64,000 nt of DNA from Takakia lepidozioides (GCA_030704615.1 CM060734.1:56110001-56174000); one strand, 5' to 3'; positions 11,940 to 23,759 are shown, counted from the first letter of the stretch. The notes: generated from the letters alone by a model not told the origin. Made by a program: numbers and translations.

Positions 11940-13251
11940 TGGGAGGATGGTCGGGTGAGGATTGTGCCTCACCCCACACAGCGTGCACGGTTAGTGCGGC
12001 ATGCCCATCAGGAGTTGGGGCATTTTGGAGTGTGACGCACTCACAGTTTACTGTAGGGGCAGTATTGGTGGCGTGGTATCATACAGAGGTGCAACAGTTC
12101 GTGGCTAGGTGCATGGTGTGTGATAGGGTGCGTGCTTCATTCAACGCCCCTACACCACAGTTGCATCCTTTACCAATCATGGGATTGGGCTACAGGTGGA
12201 GTCTTGACTTCGCAGGACCGTTGCCACTGACTATGCGCCACCACAGATATGTGTTGGTGATGGTGGAGCACTTCTCCAAGTGGATTGAGTTGGTTCCATT
12301 GCCTGACAAGGCTAGTGAGGGGGCTGCGTATGCATTCTTGGATCGTGTGCTTAGCCGATTTGGTGCTCCAGCTGAGGTACTTACGGACCAAGGGAGATAA
12401 TTCTTGGGGGAGTTTCAGGCTTTGTGTGATAAAGCCTTGATAGACCACCGCACCACTTCTCGGGATCATCCTGAGGCCGATGGCTTGGCAGAGAGAGTTG
12501 TTCAGACGGTGAAGAGGGGTTTGCGCAAGTACGGCTTGCAGAAGGGACACCTAGGAGATTGGGATCTTCAGGTTCCTTGGTTAGCCATGGGCTACACGTT
12601 CAGCAAACAAGCATCACTTGCCTCCTTCTCACCATATTTCCTTCTTTTTGGCCGAGAGCCGGATTTGCCTGCAGCCATTCGTAGGGACACTGCTCAAGTC
12701 CTTAACCTTGACGATCCGGACGTGTGGGTACGTGCATGTGAAGCATGCAGAGTTGTTCAAGAAAGTCATGCCCATGGCTTTTGAGAACCTTGCCATTGCA
12801 CAGCACCGTGATACATGATACGTTGAGGTATGCCACTATACGTGGTGGAGGATATCGTCCTGGGGTTCTGAGGTTTAGCCCTGGTGACTATGTTTATTTG
12901 CAGCAGACTGCTCCTACGACTCTGGATGTTACTGCAGGGCGTGTTATTCTGAGGGTTCGAGAGGTGTTGCCCTCAGGGGTCCTGATCTTGGAGGGTCGGG
13001 ATGGCATGACTTGGAAGGACCATGTGCGTAATTGGGCGCGATGTCACCTTCCCAATGTCGATGGCAGAGTTGACCCAAACTTGGCAGTGGTACCTGCAGG
13101 TTTGAGATGCATGCTCTCTGGGTCTGCCAAATGGGCAGCCGCCATGCTGGTGTGTGATCGATGCTCAAGGGATTGGCATATGGGATGCTTGACACCACCT
13201 CTTGAGAAGGTTCCTGACGGAGATTGGTTGTGTCCACACTACTTGGGATAG
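11940..13251 (+). pseudogene. Integrase (HHCC, DDE core, GPY/F-like module) with C-terminal PHD finger, copy B
   Basis: HAHQELGHFG...CMVC; WSLDFAGPL; LTDQGR; LAER; FSPGDYVYL; CML(S)...CDRC...HMGC...WLCPH(Y). Several stops and frameshifts. Confidence 0.9.
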
Positions 13252-13731
13252 TGGCAGTGGACATGACTGGAGGCAGCTAACAAGACATGGGAGGCCAAGC
13301 TCATAGGAGTCAATACATAAGATCCCAAGCTCAAGTTCACAGGTTGCAAGACGGCAACTAACGATGGGGCAACTCTTGCACCCGGCCTCTTGATCTATCG
13401 AGTTTGAGTGTAGTAGGGATAGTGGTGGAGGACTTAGAGTGGTTATCTTCACGGCAAGCGCGGGGGACTTGTATTTGAGTGATGAGGTTATATATGCATG
13501 AGTTTATGCTTCAGATTTGTGAGCTCGTGCTTGTATTCTTCTTCTTTATCATTGTGTGGACTAGTGACTGCCATAGTGGGCAGCATAGTGGTAGCCTAGT
13601 GACTGACTAGTTGTAGCCTAGTGGTTGGACTAGTGGCTAGACTAGTGGTGGACTAGTGATATACTAGTGTGTGGTGTGCACATGTGTTGTGTGGTTTTGG
13701 ACAGCGATGTAGTTGTGTTCCGATACATGAT

Positions 13732-13991
13732 GCAATTTTGGATTGTGAATGTTCAAGTCTTATTAAAAGGTATATTAATGCCATACTGAAGCCATTGGAG
13801 GATGGGGGTGCATGTGAAAACATTAAGGCTACAAGATAGCATGTTTTACATGAAGGTGCAGTGCAATTTTGGATTGTGAATGTTCAAGTCTTATTAAAAG
13901 GTATATTAATGCCACACTAAAGCCATTGGAGGATGGCGGTGCATGTGAAAACATTAAGGCCGCAAGATAGCATGTTTTACATGAAGGTGCA
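13732..13991. repeat. Two-copy ~131-bp tandem duplication
   Basis: gcaattttggattgtgaatgttcaagtcttatt...catgaaggtgca is repeated almost perfectly. Confidence 0.9.
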
Positions 13992-14730
13992 ATGCATAGC
14001 CCACATTCTTGTGCATTTGTTGGTAAGATCTGTTTTGACTCACACTGAGTATGTGATTCAGTGATGCACATACCTTGGAACCCTAGCCCTGGCCAAAAGG
14101 TAGTAGCTTCCCATCAGCTTCGAAGAAGCACATATTCTCCACTACTGCAATGCACAGAACCTGGGCACAAAAAACATCACCTATATGCGGGATGGATTCT
14201 TACTTATGCAAAGGTTTCTGTCCCTTTGTGTAATTAACACATTCTATCTCTTCCTACGCTATCATTTGGCCGTCATTTCTGTTATATCCATGGGGCTAAT
14301 AGCCAAGCCGCTACAGCAAGAAAAATCTATTCAGTTTGCAACATGGCTGAGCACCTTAAGGATGATTTGAAGGGCCTAGATACAGTCAGCACTAGACTGA
14401 AATCTAAACTGAGGGCAGGAGTCTACCTTAGAACAATAAACAGATGTAGACATGAAAAGAACATTGTCAATGCCGGCAGTGTGGTTGGCAATATTCATTT
14501 TCTGACCCTGCTGCCATGACCCATTTGGGAGCTAGAGGCTAACGTCAGTAAATATGTTGCGGTGGCATTCAACAACAGAAATCCTTCCACAGGGAATCAT
14601 AGGTAATCTGGAGCTTGAAATCCGGCCCTCTTGGATGAATCTGGACCTACACTCTATCCCTGCTCCTTCAGCTATCCATGCCTCTGCACAAATCATGCAT
14701 ACATCCTTGCCTTGCTGCTAGCAGCTGACA

Positions 14731-15441
14731 ATGACAGCCTATAATTGGTTAGCATCCCATACAACAATTGCTCGGCCACATTTGGCATACATGTCCACGA
14801 GGGTATTGTTCAGAATCACATCTGGTACAATTCCAGCTTTGGCGATGCAACCATGCACCTCTTTGCCCTTCTCCAGGGCTGCCAGGCTTGCACACGCACT
14901 GCAGACGCACACAAACGTGATGTGGTCGGGCTTCACCCCTTCCCCCATCATTTGCTCATAGGTCTCCAAAGCCTCTATCCCGCGCCCCTGTTGTGCCTGC
15001 AAGCATCGCGTTCCACGACACCACGTTCAACCATAGTGTTGAAAACTCCCTTCGCATCCTTAATGCACCCACATGTGGTCGGGCTTCAGTACCCCTTCCC
15101 CCATCATTTGATCATAGGTCTCCAAGGCCTCCATATCACGCCCCCTGCTGTGCATACGTTGCAAGCAGTGTGTTCCACGTGATCAAAGATGGTTGAGCCA
15201 TTTTGTTGAACACTTGGTGAGCATCCATGATGTTCCTGCACTTAACATACATGTTGACAAGGGTGTTGAGTAGAAAAACATTTGGCGGGAATCCACTTTG
15301 GATAATGTGAGTGTGCATCTGCTTTCCAGCTTCCAGACCTTCCATCTTGATGCACTTAAGCATGAGATAGACATAAGTATCTGAAATGCCTCCTTGGTTT
15401 AAAGTCTGTACAGAGCCTTTGTCAGACAGCCTGCTACACAA
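14731..15441 (-). pseudogene. PLS-class PPR gene fragments
   Basis: GFPPNVFLLNTLVNMYVKC, ITWNTLLATYAQQG, GVKPDHITFVCVCSAC, LVDMYAKCG in several broken frames. Confidence 0.85.
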
Positions 15442-15946
15442 AGCATCTTCACATGGCCAGAAGTGCCAGAAGAGGCATTGTGGACTCCCTCTCTTGATCC
15501 TCTTTCAAAAGCTGCGGTCGTGGTTGAGGTGCCTGATTTTAGCAAAGGCGCCGCTGCAGCTGCTGCCTTTAGGTGACCATTTACCCATACAGGTTTCTTG
15601 TAGCTATTGATCCAAAGGGAATCATATGTAATCTGGAGCTTGAAGTTCTAGGAACACTTTTTGCCTCGATTGTCCCACCATTAACTGGGGTCAGAAAATT
15701 ATTCATTCCATAGCTTCTCATCGTCTCTGTTATTTGTTTCTGGATACTTTCCTGTTGTCACATTGGCAGTATCATGTCAGTCACTCCAAATTATCAAAGG
15801 TTCACTCACCCAGCTAACTTGCAGAATTCAACACGAAAAACTTAGGGCCGATTCTGATAAGAGGAAAAAACAGGGTGAAATGTGTTGAAGAAGGTGCCTT
15901 CATTAGCAGTGTTTGACTTTATCAATTGTGCCGCTGCCGCTGCCGG

Positions 15947-16884
15947 GTCAACTTCTTGCTGATACGGAAGTGTGTTCCAAGGGCCGTGCTGATGAGCCCA
16001 AAAGCAATGGCCAGCTTCTCACTGTGAAGGCAAAGAGAAAATTCCTTTCAAATGTTCCTCCTCCATATCCTGCAGTACAAAGCGTGTATACCCAGAGTCC
16101 TTCATCTGTGCAGACAACCTCTTCAGCTCTCTATTGCACCCCAAATTTGTCATTTACAACGAATGTATGCACCTGCTTGGCCACCGCAATAGAGTTGTGG
16201 CCTGGCTCCTTTATGACCCCTCTTTTCTGCATCATTTTTCTCACTCTGGCTGTGCCCTCCCACCTGCCAGCCGCAACATCGATGTTTGATAACAGAACAT
16301 AAGTTCCGGCATGAGGCACCAAGCAAAGCCCCCCACACTGCAACATCTGGTTCAATTGGCATTCTTTTAATTAAGTCTTGTGCCTCATTCAGGTGGCCCG
16401 CACGGCCAAGGAGGTCTACCACGCAGCCAAAATCCACTTTGAGAGTGAGCCCATGATCCCGACTCATTGAATCAAAGTAATGGCATCTTTTATCCACCAG
16501 GTCCACATGACTACGTGCAGAGAGAACATATGTAAAGGTGATACTGCTCGGCTTCATGCCTTCTTGTTGCATTTCTTCAAATAGTTGCAGAGCCTCTCCG
16601 CCACACCCATGCTGAGCATATCCTGCAATTATTGCACTCCATGAGACCACATCCCGTTCAACCATGTTGTCGAATACTTCACGGGCATCCTTAGTTCTCC
16701 TGCATTCGGCATACATGTCAATGAGGGTTGTCTCCAGAATGATATCTCGTGCAATTCCAGCTTTGATAATGTCAGCATGAACCTCCTCGCCCTTTTCCAA
16801 GGCCGCACATGCAGTGAGAAGGCAAACAAATGTGATCTTGATGGGTGTCACACCTTTTTGAATAAAATAGATGAGCATTGACAA
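15947..16884 (-). pseudogene. PLS-PPR with E/E+ and truncated DYW deaminase domain
   Basis: DVVSWSAIIAGYAQHG, CVVDLLGRAGHL, VWGALLGA, YVLLSN, KRGVIKEPG, then MKDSGY...HSEKLAIAFGLIST...RISKKL, ending before CxxC. Frameshifted. Confidence 0.88.
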
Positions 16885-19800
16885 CTTCTCCTCGTCTCTA
16901 TTACCTGTTTTTGGATACTTTCCTGTTGTTACATTGGCAGTATCATGTCAAGGTCACTCCAAACTAGATTCACTCAACCAGCTAACTTGCAGAATTCAAG
17001 TTTAAGAGGGAAACACAGGGTGAAATGTGTTGAAGAAGGTACCTTCATTAGCAGTGCCTGAATCTGGACCCACACTCTATCCCCTGCTCCTTCAGCTATC
17101 CATGCACAAATCATGCATACATCCTTGCCTTGCTGCTAGCAGCTGACAATGACAGCCTAGATTTTTTCGAGGAAACACCCAACTCAACTTATCACACTAG
17201 TTCCTATGCTCAATTGCATGGAAATTTAGGGCCGATTCTGATAAGAGGGGAAACAGGGTGAAATGTGTTGAAGAATGCCTTGATTAGCAGTGCTTGATTT
17301 TATCAATTGTGTCGCTGCTGCTGCGGCTTCCAGTTGACCATCTACCCATGCAGGTTTCTTGTAGCTATCATTCCACATGGAATCATAGGTATTCATTCCA
17401 GTGCTTCTCCTCGTCTCTGTTATCTGTTTTTTGATTCTTTCCTTGTTGCCACATTGGCAGTAACATGTCAAAATCACTCCAAAACCACCATAGATCCACC
17501 AACAAGCTAACTTACAGAATTCAACATGAATAGGGACGACTCTGATAACAGGCATCTCAGGGCCGAGTCTGATGAGAGGCAAAACAGGCTGAAATAGGTC
17601 GAAGAAGAAGGTGCCCTCACCACATTGCGTGAAACCCCTCCGCGCAAGGATGCCTGGTATCGTCATCCCTTCTCGCGCTGCACTGACATTTTTGGGCAGT
17701 CCGGGCAGGTCCGACGAAAATTGACGACGACGAAACGTGGCGATGATGACGTGGTGACGATGACGAGGCACTATGGCACCCTATTCCTGCTCTACGCTAA
17801 ACTAGTTTCCGACCTTCCGTCATCGCTAGAATTTAGAATAGTGAAACCAAGGTAAGGGGGGGTGGAGAGGATTTGACAGGGCCCGTCGGAGGAGCCTAGG
17901 CTGCCGGAATCCGACGAAAGTACCATCAGATCGCACGCGTCCATTAAGTTCTTACATTATTCCTATTGTCTTCCAAATAAAAGATGATATAGTTTGCAAA
18001 ACAATAAACTTTATGATAAACAAAACATCTCATATTTGGTAATTCTATTGGTCAGCGTTAGAATCTCCTAGGTTGAAACAAAAGCCTACTCATTTTTAAA
18101 AAAAAATGTAATCTCATCTGTTTGTTGGTTTTTATTTAAAAGATATGAAATACCCATTAGCGAGACTTGAAGAGTTTTATCCATTCATACCTCTTGAATA
18201 ATGTTGTCTAATATAGTGCTTATGTACCTCCTATTTGTTTCTCAACTCTGGCATTCATCATCTTTGTAATGTGGTGAATTCAGAAATTAAATGGACGCAC
18301 ATGTTTGCAATGCAGAATACGTATTTTATCACAATTTTTTCTAGATGTTTATCACTTTATGAAATTCATTATACTCAACAATGAATAATAGTGTGTTTCT
18401 TCTTTTCTCAGTTAGTCGGCGGCTATGTTTGGCATTCAATATATTTTTATTCTCTTACGTCTTTGTGATGACATGAGCAATAACTTAATAGGAAAAAATC
18501 CAACACATTTGAAGACTTTTCTCATAGGCAAGTAAACAACATCATTCAAAATAAGGATCATTATTTGATTTATCTTCATTTGGATTATTGGGAGTTAGTT
18601 GACAATCAAATAATCATAACCATCTTGTGGTGTGTTTGATGATGTAAATATTATTGCTACAATACTATTGCATATATGTTGTTGGTACTCACCACATGAT
18701 ATCTTTCTTAATATAATTCTCATGCTGTTGCCATAGATAATATATATATATATATATTTTAATTCGATAGATGTATAGTTTCGAAACAATGTGGCTTTAA
18801 TGTTACAAGGTGATAGAGTCAATTTTTGGAACGCATATAAATTCTAATAGATATAAATGTCAAATATCAAAACATACCAACATTGTTATGTAGAACCAAT
18901 CATTCACCTTTACTTTTCTCAAGCAAACAAAACAAAATAAATATGTAGTTCTGCTGTATAGATTTCATTGCTTGATATATAAGATGAAATAAAATCTTGA
19001 AGAAGATGAAATATATAGTATATATTGAATAATGAGTTGAACAAAATGTCTATACAATGGTCTTAGGGCATTAGATTCAGCTTGCAATCGTGATGATGTC
19101 ATTCTGTATTCTTCGTATTCTTGTGCGATTTTTAATTTTGATCTGTGCATGTATTGTGTTTGCTATGTGGGTATGCTTATTGAGTCAATATCAATTTCAT
19201 ATTGCATATCAGGGAGTGTTTTTGCATACTTTTGAATTTTGTTGATGTCGTTAGGGTTGGACTATGATGCTACTACACTTAATCTTAGCGCACTTATTAC
19301 ATTGGTTTTTTCTTTGTTGCGGCAGGGGCGGTCCATGGAGCAATTGATATAGTAGAAGCTGAGTTGTGTGATGTAAACAATACTATCAACTCTCAAAACA
19401 AAATTGAAGGGAAAAGCATGGAGACTGAGTCCTTCAAGAAAACAGTAGGTCTCCCTATTTTTGAAAGCTCCCGAAAATCCCTTGGATATATATTAATTCT
19501 GTAGTTGATCATGAGTTTTTGGCAAGAAGAAAATGAATACATGATGACGAGGCTGAAGAAAATAATAAAAAGCTAAATACAAAATCCAGACAAGAACTCC
19601 AGTGAATAAAACTATTTAGGATGAAAGGAAGATGAAGATAAAATATAAATATAAACGTTGTTTCTTTGTACCAAACTTTTTTTTTTCTTTTTTTTTCTTC
19701 TTTTTTTTATTAAATTTTCCATGCATTTAATTTATTATACTGATTCTATGTTATCTCTTTGGGATTAGAACTTCAATTTATATTTAGTTTTGTAGTTATG

Positions 19801-19915
19801 TAAGATAACACCTACAAAACTATTTTTTTTGATGTAAAACATTGCAGCTTTATGTTTATCCACTAATCTAGACGCATCAAGTATTGAAGAGGGTTGTACA
19901 TTGAGACTCCATCCA

Positions 19916-20764
19916 ATGGCAGAGAATAATGGTTCACCGGAAGACCCAACCTCTACCCCAACAAATGCATCTTTCCTCACGACCGCACCAATGTCTTCAA
20001 GCAAGAAACAAACACCCGCATCAGATGACACTCCCAAGAGACTTTCAGGCACCCACACACCATCGTTGGGGATTCCAAAACTTGGGTATGGAACAGACCC
20101 CCCTTCTCCAACAATGAACGGACATGGCTACAACTATCTTCGCTTTAGGTCCCCGCATTATTCTCGAGATGGTTCCAATATCAGTTGGTGGTATGTTCTC
20201 TTTTTAGGTCTTGCAACGTGTATGATTCTTCTTCTCGGGGTGATTGCCTTTTTGGTGTACATCATCTTGCGACCTCAGGCACCTCGTATCAATATCCTAT
20301 CCGTGCACATCAATCGGTTTACAACCACTGGGGGTTCATTAGCTGGAGGAGAGCATGAAGCTTTGACAGCAGATATGGCTTTCACATTCCAAGCGCAAAA
20401 TCCCAATATAAAATTGGGCATTCATTATGTGGAGATTGATATGTTGGCCTCTTACAAGGGCACACAGTTGCCACTTGCACCGGTGCCTTCGTTCTACCAG
20501 CTACCACATAATTCCACCATTTTAGTCTCCAAGTTGAAGGTCGACAATGCTCCATTGTTGGTGGTTGATTCTCGAACCAGTTTGAGAAACAAAAATAATG
20601 AAATCCCTTTGTATGTGATGGTTGACATGAAGGTGGCCGTTCGGATTGGAAATTGGGAAACTCCCACCTTTTCAGTCCATGTTGGATGTTACATAAGAAT
20701 AATTCGTCTCGGCCCTTCGATGGAGGCCAAATTCTTGTCCAGTGTGTGTGATAGAAAAAAGTAA
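19916..20764 (+). CDS. NDR1/HIN1-like (LEA_2 domain) membrane protein, intronless
   Basis: Disordered N-terminus, one hydrophobic helix followed by LRPQAP, then QNPNIKLGIHY, VPSFYQLPHN and terminal Cys residues typical of NHL proteins. Confidence 0.88.
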   Translation: MAENNGSPEDPTSTPTNASFLTTAPMSSSKKQTPASDDTPKRLSGTHTPSLGIPKLGYGTDPPSPTMNGHGYNYLRFRSPHYSRDGSNISWWYVLFLGLATCMILLLGVIAFLVYIILRPQAPRINILSVHINRFTTTGGSLAGGEHEALTADMAFTFQAQNPNIKLGIHYVEIDMLASYKGTQLPLAPVPSFYQLPHNSTILVSKLKVDNAPLLVVDSRTSLRNKNNEIPLYVMVDMKVAVRIGNWETPTFSVHVGCYIRIIRLGPSMEAKFLSSVCDRKK

Positions 20765-21355
20765 TTTTTATTGGAATGTAACTATGTAGAGAATGTCATG
20801 GAACTGGCATTTTATTTAATGCAAAATGTTAACAAAAAAACTATTCGAAACTCTATGAAGATTATGGAATTGTCAAATTTATCTTTACAATTGTATCATA
20901 CAAGTTTACAAATGAACTGAAAAGATGACGTTGAACCAACATTAGTCAAAACAGAGAAACATATGTCACAATCTAAGCCAAGCCTTCAAATTTGAAACCC
21001 GGCACAACGATGTCGCCAATTAGGTATTCACTGTCTGACGATTATCCGTATGCTCCATTAAACTAAACTTTTTGCTTGGAGTGAACCAACATTGGCACGG
21101 TATGGATGGTCCACCCGGGTATCAACAAGGTTATGATCATCTGGGGGGTTGAAGGAACCCATAGATAATGTGCACCATCAAAACAAGGCTGATTGAAATA
21201 ATCAAACACATATTATGGACCTACAGCCCGGGCGTTGCAAATGGCTCACCCGCCTCCCTACATCCTATCTGATCCACAAAGTTCCTCTACGTCTCCTTAA
21301 ATTTATCATCTCGTTGTCCTGGGAGAAGAAGACACCATGATGTACACTTTCGGGA

Positions 21356-21790
21356 GCCTCTCATTTTACAATAATTGGGACGTTATGGCGCACGCGCGAG
21401 CTGACCGGTGGGCCCCGCACACGGACGCCCGGCTCCCCCACCCGGCTCCCCCCGCCCGCCGCTGCGTGCGGTCGCCCAACGGCCCCAGCAGCCCCGCCCG
21501 CGCTCCGCCGCACCCCCAGTCCGCCCGCCAGTCCGTTGCCCGTGAGTCCAGTTCCCCTTAGTCCGCCACACCGCCAGTCTGCCGGCCAGTCCGCTGTGCA
21601 CGATCTGTTGTGCCAGTCCCCGCCAGTCCACCCAACAGTCCGTTGTGCCCGTTTGCTGCCCCGCAGTCTGCGAGTCCGCGCCGGTGGTGGTAGTGCCGTC
21701 ATCCAAACACGTGGTGGTCGAAACGCGGTTGTGCCCTGAACTTGTACTGCCACCTGTCTGAAGGATCTGGATCGTCCATTCTGAGAAACC
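21356..21790 (+). repeat. Left long terminal inverted repeat (Mutator-like)
   Basis: gcctctcattttacaataattgggacgttatgg.gcacgcgcgagctgaccggtgggcccc... is the reverse complement of 49790-50125. Confidence 0.85.
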
Positions 21791-23759
21791 CATCCGCGCC
21801 ATCCACGCCAGTCCGTTGTGCCAGTCCTCGCGTCCACCCAACAGTCTGCCCGCCAGTCCGCCGCCCATGAGTCCGCTTTCCTCCGGTCCGCTGATGATGC
21901 TGCATCTGGACCATCCGTTCGTAAATCCCATCTGAGCCCTCCATTTTTAGGGCATGAATTCAAACCTTATCCCTGCTGTCTGCCACTTGCCAGCAGCCGC
22001 GAACGTGCGCACTGATGCTCCTTGCACATTGTCCATCGTGTCCAGTGTACTACGGTGCATTTCTTGCAGGTTTTGAAGCGTGTCCTCTATATTGTACAGG
22101 GCATGGATGTGGAAGCAGAAGGCGACAATATACTGAAAACGGGAAGCTGGATTATACGGCCTCTTTGACAATGTTTGCAAACACCCAAACCAAGACCTTT
22201 CAACACGAAGGACCTCCATTGGAAGAGAGACACACAATATGGTTATATGGGTGCGCGAGTGAATGTTCAGAAGACCTGCATACCGTGGGATAGAGTTGAT
22301 GAATTTCTCCTTGGAGAGGAGAGTTTGGTGGACTACCCCACTCAGTTTTGGGTGAATGTCCATACTAAAGTGCAACCCGACATGCTAAAAGAGCCGAGAG
22401 CCAACAGTTTTCTGAACAGTATCATGTGTGTACCATCCTCATCGTCCTTTGGTAGTCTGATTGCATGTCTGTTGCCATTTTTCGTACCCACGTACTATGA
22501 TTCATGCTTCCAAAAGTCGATGGATATCGATTGTGATTTTTATGTCCAGGTATCAATGCTGCTACGGTCCAGATGACAAACGCACCAACAATGCGATAGT
22601 AGAGGATCCTAAACTGAAACGTGGAGGACCTCTTGTGGGTGTTGGAACATCTCACCCTCGTAAAGGCCCAAAGAGAAAGAAGTCGGAATATGGAGAGTCT
22701 TACAAGCATGGTTGCCAATATTGTTTCAAGGTCCAACAATGCTATCTCACCCCTGACATTTGTGTCCTCACGTACTATAACAACATGGAGCATACAGACG
22801 CGAAAGGGAACGTCTGTCATGGGAAGTCCGCTGAGTTCAGGAACACTCGTCACGCCTATGCACCACACATTAGCGACGAATTGAAAGCATGGGTCATGGA
22901 GTGTCTGTGCCGAGGCCTGTCAGTCGCCCAAATCATGATGGAACATAAATAACACGTCATGAACAACACCGGGTTGGGGGGGTGCATGGACACGGGACAA
23001 TTTTTTGTTGGAGCAGGATGTGCGTAACTTGGCCGAGAAATGAGTGTAGCGAACGTTCAAAAAACATGCCAACGATGCGGAGAGTGTCCGCATGTGGAAA
23101 GACCAGAACCCGAAATCAGTCTTCTTCTATCAAGAGGAGAAATTGGCGCCAACATTCAAGCACTACGATGACGACTTAACATTCACAATCGGCATACAGA
23201 CTGAGTGGCAGAAGAAGCGAATGCTTCAATTAGGCCATGCCCGTATCGTTGCATGCGATGCAACCTTCGGGACAAATCACCACAAGGTACTCTTCATCCC
23301 TTTCACAATTTATCCGCTTGCAGAACTAGTGGATGTGCGCACACCGGCAGCATCTGACATTCTGCATTTGAATAGTTCCCATTGTACACGTTGATGGTCT
23401 TCGACGAGTGGCTTAACGGTATACCAGTTGCGTACATCATATGCGCGCGTGAGCAAACAACAGACCTGGTGCCATGGATGGCAACCTTCCGGGACTCACT
23501 CCTCGCAGAAATGCCGGATTGGTGACCCAATGCCTTCATTGTGGACGATACCAACGCCGAAATAAATGCCATTACGTAAGTTTCACGTACCCTCCTGTAC
23601 ACTCATATGCAAGTCTGCTGCATGCGTCCATTGTCAGACTCTTTGGCAAGTCCCCTGCCATACAATGCAGTCCTGGCTGCAAGTCCTCCTTTCTACAAGT
23701 CTGCTGGCAAACCAGTCCGAATGTCCTCTGGCGAAGTCCGCTGGAAGACTCACTTGCGT

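Larger units (their letters stand above)
9010..13552 (+). mobile_element. Ty3/gypsy-type retroelement copy B (gag deleted; PR C-terminus-DNMT-RT/RH stub-INT-PHD-partial LTR)
   Basis: 9010-9555 matches the reverse complement of copy A 6305-6850, then jumps to the protease C-terminus. One reading frame runs from 9552 to ~12080 broken only by point stops. Confidence 0.88.

Noticed and set aside
13555-13680. CTAGT-rich stretch as a Helitron end or functional array
   Set aside because: Simple degenerate repeat with no subterminal hairpin identified.
21346-21355. Clean 9-bp TSD for the giant MULE
   Set aside because: Best match to the 50126-50135 flank is only 5/8 to 6/9, so it was not accepted as proof.
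21337-22015. Overlapping GC-rich ORFs of up to 200 aa
   Set aside because: They fall in the GC-rich TIR/subterminal repeat, where stop codons are rare.
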